Below are positions 17,551 to 26,420 of a DNA stretch of 64,000 nucleotides, in pieces (the stretch's first letter is position 1; the number at the start of each line of letters is the position of its first letter). The DNA comes from Chamaesiphon sp. (lineage in GTDB: Bacteria > Cyanobacteriota > Cyanobacteriia > Cyanobacteriales > Chamaesiphonaceae): contig CBDFFH010000027.1 in assembly GCA_965246715.1 (NCBI GenBank), positions 145,861 to 209,860 of the forward strand, given 5' to 3'. Position numbers and translations under genes: made by a program. Below the pieces are notes generated by a model. The model saw only the letters and a program-made list of their open reading frames with translations, was not told the origin of the DNA and did no database searches.

Positions 17551-19728
17551 ATGCGAAATCTGTTGATTGTTGAATCTGCTGGCAAAATCAAAAAGCTTAG
17601 GAGTATCCTCGGCTCTGACTGGGATGTCAAGGCATCGATCGGGCATATTCGCCAACTTGCTAACGATGGGGATGGTGCGTTAGGCTTCGACCTGGGTGCA
17701 GATACGATCGACTGTCGCTACATTCCCCGCGACGAAAGAGCCAAACAAACGATTGCCGGACTCATTGCCGCAGCCAAGCAAGCGGATCGAGTCTTCATCG
17801 CCTCAGATCCAGATCGAGAAGGTGAAGTAATTGGCTGGCATATCGCCCAGGTATTGAAACTCAAACAGCCCCAGCGGGTTGTCTATCAGGAGATTACTGA
17901 GTCCGCAGTCAAAAAAGCGATCGCCAGCCCTCGCTCCCTCGATATGGCTCTAGTAGAGGCGGGTAGGTGTCGCGATTGTCTAGATAAATTGGTCGGCTAC
18001 AAAGGCTCGCCCCTCATCTGGCGACTCAATAACGGGGCGAAAAGCGTCGGTCGTGTACAGTCCGCCACCCTGCACCTAGTCTGCCAACGAGAACGAGAAA
18101 TTCAATCCTTCATACCACAAGATTATTGGTCGGTATTTGTAGACTATGCCGAAGGATTCAGAGCCTTTTACAACGGAACTGCTCAAGTTGTCTCACCAAT
18201 AGCAGAGGAGGAAACTAGCGACGATGCTGGAGCTTCCGAAAAAGTCGCTGAATCGACGCGGGTATTGAGTCAGGCTGAAGCCGAAAGATTGGTGGAAATT
18301 GGAAAATCTCACCCCCATCAAGTTAAGACGATCGAAGGTAAACTCGCGCCCAAAAAGCCTCCCGCTCCATTCATCACCTCGTCACTGCAACAAGCCGCAG
18401 GTTCGCGCTTAAAGTTCAGCCCCGAACATACGATGTCAGTCGCCCAGAAACTCTACGAGGCTGGGTTGATTACCTACATGCGGACTGATTCGGTCGAACT
18501 CAGTCAGGACTTTTGCACCGCTGCACGGGAATGGCTGCTCGCTCACGATAAAGATAATGTACCTACAAAAGTTGCCAAACAGCGCAGTTCCAAAGACGCT
18601 CAGGAAGCCCACGAAGCGGTTAGACCGACCGATCTAACAAAAGCTTCAAGCGACCTCAAACAGCAGCTTTCCGAAGATGAATTCGCATTATACGTGATGA
18701 TTTGGATGCGATCGATCGCGTCTCAGTGCAAACCCGCACAGATTCGCAAAACCACGATCGTCACTCAGTCTGGTGAGATTCAGTGGCAAGCCAGAGGGCA
18801 AATGCTGGAATTTGCAGGCTATGCCAAATATTGGAAGGATATCAGCGGCGATGCCGTATTGCCTAGCTTGCAACCCCAGCAACCGCTTACCGCAGCAAAC
18901 GTCAGTCACGAGCAGAAGCAAACCCAACCACCGCCACGCTATTCCGAGCCAAAACTCGTCCAACTGATGGAACGTAAGGGTATCGGTCGTCCTTCTACTT
19001 ACGCGCCTACTATTGCCACGCTCAAGCAACGTAATTATGTCGAACTAGTTAAGAGTAAAGTGCAGCCGACGACTGTTGGTTTGCAAGTGGATGATTTTCT
19101 GATGCAAGCTTTACCAGAGTTGATTCAATCGGAATTTACGGCGGGGATGGAAACCCAACTCGATGCAATTTCCAAGGGGCAGCAAGAATGGCAAAGTTAT
19201 CTAATTGAGTGGAACCGGAGCTATTTCGCGCCAGCGTTGAGTAAAGCTACTAAGAATCTACCAGAACAGGATTATGGATCGTTCCAGGGTAAGGAGCTGG
19301 AGAAATCGCGCTCGAAATGTCCGACTTGTAGCAAGCCAATGTCTAAAGTACCGACCAAGAAGGTGAAGAAGGGCTATTTTCTCAAGTGTGAGGATGGCTG
19401 TAAAGATACTGAGGGCAAAGGGTTAGTAATGTTTTGGTCGGATCGATCGAATGAATGGCAAATTCCGCAACCTAAAACCGAGCAGTCATCTCCAGCGAAA
19501 CTTACCGAACATCCTTGTCCAGTTTGCCAGAAGCCGCTGGAAGAATACAGCTACACGAAGGATGGACAAGCCAAGTCGATGTTACGGTGTTCGGATGCAG
19601 CAGCTCGAACCAAGCCCAAACACAAGGATGTCGCTTATTTTAGGGGGAAAGAGGGGGTGTGGTGGAGTCCAAAATTGGGTAATCTCGGTGCGGATGCTGC
19701 TAGATCGAGCCAGGTAAAAGCACCATAG
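17551..19728 (+). CDS. topA: Type IA DNA topoisomerase (plasmid/ICE type) with C-terminal Zn fingers
   Basis: LLIVES, SDPDREGE, GRVQS, ITYMRTDS, EAHEAVRPT, GIGRPSTY. Confidence 0.95.
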   Translation: MRNLLIVESAGKIKKLRSILGSDWDVKASIGHIRQLANDGDGALGFDLGADTIDCRYIPRDERAKQTIAGLIAAAKQADRVFIASDPDREGEVIGWHIAQVLKLKQPQRVVYQEITESAVKKAIASPRSLDMALVEAGRCRDCLDKLVGYKGSPLIWRLNNGAKSVGRVQSATLHLVCQREREIQSFIPQDYWSVFVDYAEGFRAFYNGTAQVVSPIAEEETSDDAGASEKVAESTRVLSQAEAERLVEIGKSHPHQVKTIEGKLAPKKPPAPFITSSLQQAAGSRLKFSPEHTMSVAQKLYEAGLITYMRTDSVELSQDFCTAAREWLLAHDKDNVPTKVAKQRSSKDAQEAHEAVRPTDLTKASSDLKQQLSEDEFALYVMIWMRSIASQCKPAQIRKTTIVTQSGEIQWQARGQMLEFAGYAKYWKDISGDAVLPSLQPQQPLTAANVSHEQKQTQPPPRYSEPKLVQLMERKGIGRPSTYAPTIATLKQRNYVELVKSKVQPTTVGLQVDDFLMQALPELIQSEFTAGMETQLDAISKGQQEWQSYLIEWNRSYFAPALSKATKNLPEQDYGSFQGKELEKSRSKCPTCSKPMSKVPTKKVKKGYFLKCEDGCKDTEGKGLVMFWSDRSNEWQIPQPKTEQSSPAKLTEHPCPVCQKPLEEYSYTKDGQAKSMLRCSDAAARTKPKHKDVAYFRGKEGVWWSPKLGNLGADAARSSQVKAP

Positions 19729-19820
19729 TTCGATCGCAATTATTAAGATCGAGCATATAACCAAAAGTAAAATGTTATCTCTCTAACAAAATACTATTGC
19801 GGAAACAATGGGAGCAAATT

Positions 19821-20201
19821 ATGATAGTTACTCAAGCTCAAATCATCGAACTAGAAGAGCGACTCAGACAAGCAATGCTGCATTCTGATGTTGCCGAACT
19901 AGATGATTTAATCGCCCCCGAACTGCTGTTTACAAATCATCTGGGGCAAATTCTTAGTAAACAGGAAGATCTTGATGCTCACCGTTCTGGGAAACTTAAT
20001 CTTACCGAAATTACACCATCAGATCGACAGATTCAACTCAATCATGGGTTTGCAGTTGTTTCTGTTTTAATGCACATATTAGGCAGCTATGAATGTACCC
20101 CAGTCGAGCAAGATATTCGATTTACCCGTGTTTGGGCGATCTCTACTAGTGGCTCGATTCAAATTATCGCAGGTCACACTAGTGCGATTCCGCCACACTG
20201 A
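19821..20201 (+). CDS. DUF4440/NTF2-like protein
   Basis: LEERLRQAM..SDVAELD.L, RFTRVW, IIAGH. Confidence 0.85.
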   Translation: MIVTQAQIIELEERLRQAMLHSDVAELDDLIAPELLFTNHLGQILSKQEDLDAHRSGKLNLTEITPSDRQIQLNHGFAVVSVLMHILGSYECTPVEQDIRFTRVWAISTSGSIQIIAGHTSAIPPH

Positions 20202-20218
20202 TATTAGAATGAGGTGAT

Positions 20219-20641
20219 ATGCCAAAATCGACGATCGAGTATTGGAACCCATTGCATCAAGCACATAAAACCCTGTGGAAATCGATCGCAGGGCTTGAAG
20301 AAATGGTAGAAGAACTGACTCTCAGCATAGATATTGAAACTGGTGAATACACCCGCTTGACTCGGTTTTATCCTGGTGCTGATACGACTAGTTTCGGTGC
20401 CAAAAGTCATGCTTATCCTGAAGAGATTTTAATTGTCAGCGGTCGTCTTTACGATCTAGCTTTCGACATGTGGCTAGAGACTGGACATTATGCCAGTAGA
20501 CCACCTGGAGAGATTCACGGGCCATTCAAAACCGATCTTGGTTGTGTAGTTTTTGGAGATATCTTTTCCAGATCGAGTCCAGGAATAGCGAGTGAAAGTT
20601 CAGTATCAAAATTAAGTTTGGTCGATCGATCGAATGTATAA
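20219..20641 (+). CDS. Cupin (ChrR-like) protein; probable +1 frameshift near 20550
   Basis: SHAYPEEILIVSG, SRPPGEIHGPF; removing one T gives VVLEISFP. Confidence 0.8.
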   Translation: MPKSTIEYWNPLHQAHKTLWKSIAGLEEMVEELTLSIDIETGEYTRLTRFYPGADTTSFGAKSHAYPEEILIVSGRLYDLAFDMWLETGHYASRPPGEIHGPFKTDLGCVVFGDIFSRSSPGIASESSVSKLSLVDRSNV

Positions 20642-20664
20642 GCATTAATATCGATGTGATGTCG

Positions 20665-20688
20665 TTGGGCTTTGCCCTGCCTTTGGCA
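20665..20688 (+). repeat. 24-nt double-hairpin insert
   Basis: tcg-TTGGGCTTTGCCCTGCCTTTGGCA-atcga. Confidence 0.75.
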
Positions 20689-20773
20689 ATCGAACAGCCA
20701 AGATAAGCGGCGGCACGAGTTTTTGAGTCATAAATAGAGTTTTGGAGCCGTCCGCTGCAAGCCCTGATTATGC
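20689..20773 (-). other. attC site (degenerate)
   Basis: Minus strand GCATAAT...gcagcggacggc...gccgccgctta...GTTCGAT. Confidence 0.6.
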
Positions 20774-20823
20774 CTCGTTGCTTCCAGAGATAACTGAAAG
20801 ATCCACATTTCCTATTTTTAAAT

Positions 20824-21177
20824 TCATGACTCGTATCCCAAGGTTAGCAAGACCACATCTTCCAATTGAGCTATTATTTCGGGACTCAGTTGTCCTAGTG
20901 TACGAATTAAACGAGTTTTATCGAGCACTCTCATCTGAAAACATAGGGCAACAGAATCTTGGCTGAGTCCACCATTACCTTGTTCGATGAGTAAACATAT
21001 TGGCAAGGCGGCTCGGCGTTGGTTGGTGGTAAGGGGAATGGCAATGATCGTGGTGGAGAACTTGGAAACAAGGTCATTTTGGAAAATGATGACGGGGCGA
21101 ATGCCCGCTTGTTCGGAACCTTGAGTTGGATTGAGGTCGGCTAGCCAGACTTCACCCCGTTTAAGAGGATGAGTCAT
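20824..21177 (-). CDS. mazF: MazF/PemK family toxin
   Basis: RGEVWLADLNPTQGSEQAGIRPVII, IAIPLTT. Confidence 0.92.
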   Translation of the reverse strand: MTHPLKRGEVWLADLNPTQGSEQAGIRPVIIFQNDLVSKFSTTIIAIPLTTNQRRAALPICLLIEQGNGGLSQDSVALCFQMRVLDKTRLIRTLGQLSPEIIAQLEDVVLLTLGYES

Positions 21178-21414
21178 AATTGGTCTTCCTGATGGAGCAT
21201 TACTGCATAGTCATTCATGCCTACTTCGGCAAAGGTGCGATCTTCAGTCAGCAAACTCCGTAAACAGGTCAGCCAGTTGCATTGGATCGAGGACAACCCG
21301 ATTACGACGCTGATTACGAAACTTTAAGAAAGCAATAAAATCAGCCACTTGCTGGATTTGATTGTGAGTCAGTCGATCTAAGTCTTGTTTGAGGGCTTCA
21401 GTGCTTACAGGCAT
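21174..21414 (-). CDS. Cognate antitoxin (DUF2281-like), frameshifted near 21247
   Basis: QQVADFIAFLKFR; the shifted frame continues EDRTFAEVGMNDY...QL* and overlaps the mazF ATG. Confidence 0.7.
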
Positions 21415-21459
21415 AGGAAGAAAAAACATTCACTGTCTCCTCCATTATAGTAAGAGATC

Positions 21460-21548
21460 GCGAAACGCCCCCGTTCACCCGCCACTAGTAACCTTTCATT
21501 CTCAACTAACTACCTTAATACGGTCGGTGTGCAACGGGATTGTTAGAC
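21460..21548 (-). other. attC site
   Basis: Minus strand GTCTAAC (contains the stop of the upstream gene) ...CCCGTTGCACACCG...CGGGTGAACGGG...GTTTCGC. Confidence 0.75.
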
Positions 21549-22502
21549 CTTCAATATGTTTGTTGCTATTTGCTGCGCCACGTCTTGATTTTGCCAGTAG
21601 CTCCCATGAGCACTGCCCCCATTTGCTAAAGCCAAGAAAGTTTGTCGAACAGGAGGTAGTTGCGCGATGAATTCCCAAAAACCAGAACCACGAGTGAGAA
21701 CATCTTCTACTTGAACATAATTCTCAGAGCCAACAATTAATTTATTGATTACTTTTTCTAGTGGCCAAGCAATTGGATCGCCAGGATGAATGAAATTGAG
21801 CCAAGGCAGCCTATTATCTCCCTGTGCAAGATTCTTCAATAAATTCTCTAAGCCTGGGCTTAAATCATGAGTACTCTCATGATTTTCATTTTTGCCACTA
21901 ATAGTAATCAGGCTAAACAAAGCAATTGGAGAACCCATAGTTTGAATGCTAGCCAGTCGAATACCTTGCCCAGGATCTTCCCCTATTCCATAAAGTCGAT
22001 CTCGGATAGATTTTACACTTTGATAGCCAGAAATTTTTGGATCATCCCAACGACTAGCAAACAAAATATCGAAGAGTATTACTGTTCCCCAACTGTGAGT
22101 TACTAAATGTAAGCGATCTTCTCCTAGCTTGTAGTCCTTTAAACCTTTAAAGATCTGTTCTTTGAGTTGATCTGCTGCCATAGAGCCAATCAGACGACTG
22201 ATGTAAAGACCTGCATCTCCCACAAATTGCAATAGTTGACTCTTGCGAAAATCTTGAAACCAAACTTGGCTCCACTTGGAAGAGCCTTTCAAACTTGACA
22301 GTAGTTCTGTTAAAGCTGCCCGATTAACATTACCCCAGTAAAGAGGCACTTTAATACAGTTACGATGGGAAGATTTCTGCTGAACTACCTCAACGATCAA
22401 CTTAAACAGCTTGTCAGCATAGGTATAAATCTGTTTCTCTTCATTTTCCTGTGATTCCCGTACATTTACACCATGCAGAAATAGCACATAATCTTTTGAC
22501 AT
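21543..22502 (-). CDS. Alpha/beta-hydrolase-fold protein (integron cassette)
   Basis: FLHGV, VTHSWG nucleophile elbow, TMGSP, HPGDPI, AHGSYW; AT-rich. Confidence 0.8.
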   Translation of the reverse strand: MSKDYVLFLHGVNVRESQENEEKQIYTYADKLFKLIVEVVQQKSSHRNCIKVPLYWGNVNRAALTELLSSLKGSSKWSQVWFQDFRKSQLLQFVGDAGLYISRLIGSMAADQLKEQIFKGLKDYKLGEDRLHLVTHSWGTVILFDILFASRWDDPKISGYQSVKSIRDRLYGIGEDPGQGIRLASIQTMGSPIALFSLITISGKNENHESTHDLSPGLENLLKNLAQGDNRLPWLNFIHPGDPIAWPLEKVINKLIVGSENYVQVEDVLTRGSGFWEFIAQLPPVRQTFLALANGGSAHGSYWQNQDVAQQIATNILKV

Positions 22503-22533
22503 AGCTAAATATACCTCTTTATAAATCTAAGCA

Positions 22534-22621
22534 GGCTAACGATCGAGCTGAACCGCAACGCCGTCTTGCGCCGCCGTGCGGTTAGCGATAGGCGTTGTCG
22601 GTTCCAGCGACCTTGTTATCC
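22534..22621 (-). other. attC site
   Basis: Minus strand GGATAAC...gctggaaccgacaacgcc...ggcgttgcggttcagc...GTTAGCC. Confidence 0.8.
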
Positions 22622-22676
22622 CGCAGCGTTCCAGAGATTTTAACATATACTAAAAAATTATATGTTACGCTGTCGG

Positions 22677-22711
22677 CGATAACTATTATTAGGCGGAAAG
22701 TTTCCGCCTAT
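22677..22711 (-). other. attI-like site (integron B)
   Basis: Minus strand ataggcggaaactttccgcctaataataGTTATCG, divergent from intI and ahead of the first attC. Confidence 0.7.
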
Positions 22712-22833
22712 TCAGCCAAATTCGGGTAGATAGACTGAAAAATTCAGCATATTCCCCATATAAAAGCAGAATGTTTCTGCCGATCATCATATTTAAGGTG
22801 GATCTGCTGAATTTTTCAACATATTGTAATATT

Positions 22834-23245
22834 ATGCAAAATCCCCCGAAGAAGCTTCCAGACCAAGTTAGAGACGCAATCCGTCTCTAACATTATTCCT
22901 ACCGCACAGAAGAAACCTACGTGCAATGGATTGTTCGATACATTTTATTTCATAACAAGCGTCATCCCAAAGATATGGGAGTCCCAGACATAAAGGAATT
23001 TTTGACTCATCTGGCAGTCGAAGGCAACGTCGCAGCCGCTACCCAAAATCAGAACTTCTCAACGCAATTTTATTTCTGTACCGCCAAGGTTTGCAAGCAG
23101 GAACTAGATAGTCGCATTAATGCCATCCGTGCCAAACGCCCACAGCAAATTCCGAGCGTTCTCTCTCCCGACGAAACTGATGATTTATAGCCACGTTCTG
23201 AATCGTGGAGGGCGAGGTGTTGTGAGTCCACTCGTCGATCGTTAA
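22834..23245 (+). pseudogene. intI: Integron integrase with a nonsense codon and a large internal deletion
   Basis: N-terminus DQVRDAIRL*HYSYRTEETYVQWI..FHNKRHP...ATQNQ joined to the C-terminus MIYSHVLNRGGRGVVSPL. Confidence 0.9.
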
Positions 23246-23366
23246 TCACTGCTCAACGACCGATAAATTTAAGTTTGGCTCGATCGCTCGTTTCCCACAG
23301 ATGAGGCAACCGAGCGACATTGGCAACAGCATCCCCGCTTTTAGCCGTTCAACTATTTTGCCGTGT

Positions 23367-24281
23367 TTACGGGTGACTTTCTCGTTCCTTATTTTTTCTT
23401 CGATCGATTTTTTTCGACGTGCTTGCTTTTGCATCTTCACCTGAGATTTCTTTTTGGTTGGCATGGCTATTTTCTGAGGGGATAAACCTAAATTCTCTCG
23501 CACCAAAAGGGTTACTGATTGACTCTTTTCGTTTTTTATCTTGAAAACAATTCCACCATTCCATCTCCGAAATCGTATCTTCAATCGATGTATAATGCTT
23601 GCGATCGCGTAGTTCATTCAATGATGCCTCTTGTCCGAGGTTGATATAGTAATCGACATCCTCCCGATCGAAGAAAAAACTCTCCACCAAATTCTCATCA
23701 AAAGCTCGATCGATCTGCTGCTTGAGTTCGAGCGGAGCGATGAAGGCACTCTCCATGACTAATTTAGTCCAAATATAGGAATATTCTCGTTCGAGTCTGG
23801 TTGAAAAAAGTTCCTCAAAATACTTAATTACAACTTCTCGATCGATCGTCTCTCGAACGACCAAAATAATTAACGAACTGAGCGCAGAACTTCTCACATA
23901 TTCATTCGCTTGCCGATTTTCGATTAGTTGCTGGATCGGTTCGATATTGCCGTCGCAAACACTAGCAAGAATTCTGCCTAAATCCTCCGTGACTAGATCT
24001 CCTGTAACGTCCATTGAGATCTCTCCAGGCACCGAGAAAAACTCGACGATCGGCTGATAAGCTTGAGATTCCCTAAATTGTGCCAGTAAATACATGGCAT
24101 AAATATGTAGGAAATAGTTAGGGCGTTCTGCCAACTCCTCAAGCTTAGATTTCCATTCCCTTAGTGTCGCTAATAATATCGGGGTAATTGCCGTCCGCTC
24201 GGCGATCGCTCGTTCTAAAGCTAGACGAGGAAATGTGCCAGTATAGTTCTCTAGTTCGGCGATGATTTCTGTTAATTCCAT
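23367..24281 (-). CDS. DUF1186 family protein (3' end probably frameshifted)
   Basis: YAMYLLAQFRE, GDLVTEDLGRILASVCDG, NEYVRSSA, EMEWWNCF. Confidence 0.8.
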   Translation of the reverse strand: MELTEIIAELENYTGTFPRLALERAIAERTAITPILLATLREWKSKLEELAERPNYFLHIYAMYLLAQFRESQAYQPIVEFFSVPGEISMDVTGDLVTEDLGRILASVCDGNIEPIQQLIENRQANEYVRSSALSSLIILVVRETIDREVVIKYFEELFSTRLEREYSYIWTKLVMESAFIAPLELKQQIDRAFDENLVESFFFDREDVDYYINLGQEASLNELRDRKHYTSIEDTISEMEWWNCFQDKKRKESISNPFGAREFRFIPSENSHANQKEISGEDAKASTSKKIDRRKNKERESHP

Positions 24282-24408
24282 GATGCCAAGTTTTTGACCG
24301 ATCTTAGCCTACCCGATCGCATCCTTGCTAGGATTAGCAGATGCATGATTCAGATTGTTAAGATCGATCTGCTGGGTTCGTTTCTGTATCTCCTAATCCT
24401 TTACAAAC

Positions 24409-25933
24409 TCACCGACGACGATTCAATCGCTGGATGATGAAAGCTGCGATGAGGCTGGCAGCAACGCCCCAAAGTAATCCATAAAACGGTGCAGTGGCAG
24501 CAATACTTTCCTTACTTTGACCTGGTTCTGGCGGCTGGGCACCGATCGTGCTAGTGGCAACTTGGGTAACAGATAAACCGACACCAACGATGGCAATCAT
24601 TTCACTGTTGAAGCGAGCGAGTTTAGTCTGCTCGACGCTGCTTTCTGCTTGCTCGACGCTGCTTTTTGCTTGTACGATTTTCACGGTGTTATCGATCGCC
24701 TGAAAGAGTTTTTCGAGATAGGTCAGGCGGGGAGCTAAGAACGCATCATCGGCGGCAATTTGCCGAGCGTAGCGATTGGCATGATTATCGCCGTTGAATT
24801 CTTTGAGAAATTTCAGGTCGCTATTTGGGTAGCGAGCAGTCATTGATTTTAATCGATCGCGGTAATTATCGCAGTTTGTGGCGATCGTCCGTCCCTGGTC
24901 GGCTAAATCGATCGATCCTTCGGTATAGGTTTTAAATTGTTGGAGAGTGTGGAGGGAACTGGTTTGCAATTCATCGAGTTGGTGTTTGACGATCTGGCTA
25001 CTAGCAGACTTGGACGATCTGAGACGATTGGGATTGAATCAGAGTGGACAGCGCAGATTCGGTACGATCGCCGATTTGGTGGATCTTAACGACTTCCGAT
25101 GTGAGATTGGCGGCGATCGATTGGCTTTGGGCGTAAGCTGCCCAAATTTTGTGCCGATAGTGGAATAGACGCAGCCAGTCTCCGTATGTGGCGGCGATGC
25201 GAGCGTTGAGGGCGATCTGGTCGCTCTCAGTATGGGGAAAGAGCCAAATTAACACATGCTGGCTGGAACCGATCGCGTCAGTCGCATCGTTAATAGCTCT
25301 GGGATACCTCCACAGTTCGTATAGATCCCCGCCTAATAATTTTCCGCATCCGAGATAGTCGGTATCCCAGTCCCACTTATTATTGGGGTCGGTATTGGGA
25401 AAGGTTTGGTCGTAGCAGATTCGCGCGATCGCTTCTGAATCTAGATCGGGATTGGTGAGAGTCGCCCGCAGCACCCAAGTTTGTCCGAGGGTAAACGTGC
25501 CACCGTGCAGGCGTTTGACAATCTCTTGATGACGATCGCCAAAGGGATTTGTGGCTAAATCTTGCGGATCGAAGTTGTCTTTACCACCCTGACGATCGCC
25601 AGAATAATCGACTAATAGAGCATAGGTATCGTCTAGTTGCACGGGATAGTAATAACCATCTGCCGGATCGCCAAATGGTTCGATCTGCTGGGGGTGCAAC
25701 TCGGTGAAGTGGCTATTAGCAAGTTCGCGAGAGCGAAAATGAGCGAGATCTTTATCTACCCGATCGCCATAAATTTTCCGATAGAAGTTCTTCGCCCGAT
25801 GCTCTGTGGGAGCGGCTGTGCCCACGATCGGGGGCGTGACTCCAGCACTAGAGCTAGATTCTGACTCGCCTAAACCTTGCAACAGATCGTAGAGGTAGAG
25901 ATTGACGGTCGGGTAGATAATTGATTCACTCAT
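24409..25933 (-). CDS. Uncharacterised protein with a coiled region and two C-terminal TM helices; one gene split by a +1 shift near 25012
   Basis: Removing one C joins ORF 25001-25933 to ORF 24409-24969 (QIVKSASSQIVKHQLDELQT). Confidence 0.7.
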
Positions 25934-26306
25934 GGTCGTGTGGCGGTCTGTTGCCAGAAGTATTGTGGCAATGTTTGAGCGGCTTTAATGGGATCGTTAG
26001 CTCTAACGACGGAGTTAAAGTGGTTGAAAATTTCTTTACTATGTTCGGTTTGAATTGTGGTGGGGGTGCGCTGCGATTTGGGTTGGCGAGCAGTTGTTTC
26101 TCGATCGCGTTGACGCTCTCTCGCAGGGGTTGGTAGTCGAGTTCGTCGAGGAAGTCTTGAATCGCGTCGGTGAGTTGGGCGGGGGGAATTTGTCCGAGTT
26201 GTTGGAGTTGGGCGGTAATGGCTGGGGGGAGGGGTTCGGTTTGGTGAGCGAGGGCGGTAATTAGGGAGATGAGGATCTCGTCTTCTGGGGTGATGATGTC
26301 TAACAC
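25926..26306 (-). CDS. Small hypothetical protein
   Basis: Helical N-terminus and Pro-rich tail; overlaps the start of the next gene. Confidence 0.6.
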   Translation of the reverse strand: MLDIITPEDEILISLITALAHQTEPLPPAITAQLQQLGQIPPAQLTDAIQDFLDELDYQPLRESVNAIEKQLLANPNRSAPPPQFKPNIVKKFSTTLTPSLELTIPLKPLKHCHNTSGNRPPHDHE

Positions 26307-26420
26307 GATCTTAAACCTCGCGAATGGAGTCTATTTTTTTATTCTAGAATATTTGTAGTGAGTTGCTTGGTGCAATAGTTTTCAGCGGATCGCAACATCA
26401 AAATTCAGGGAGTTTACCCC

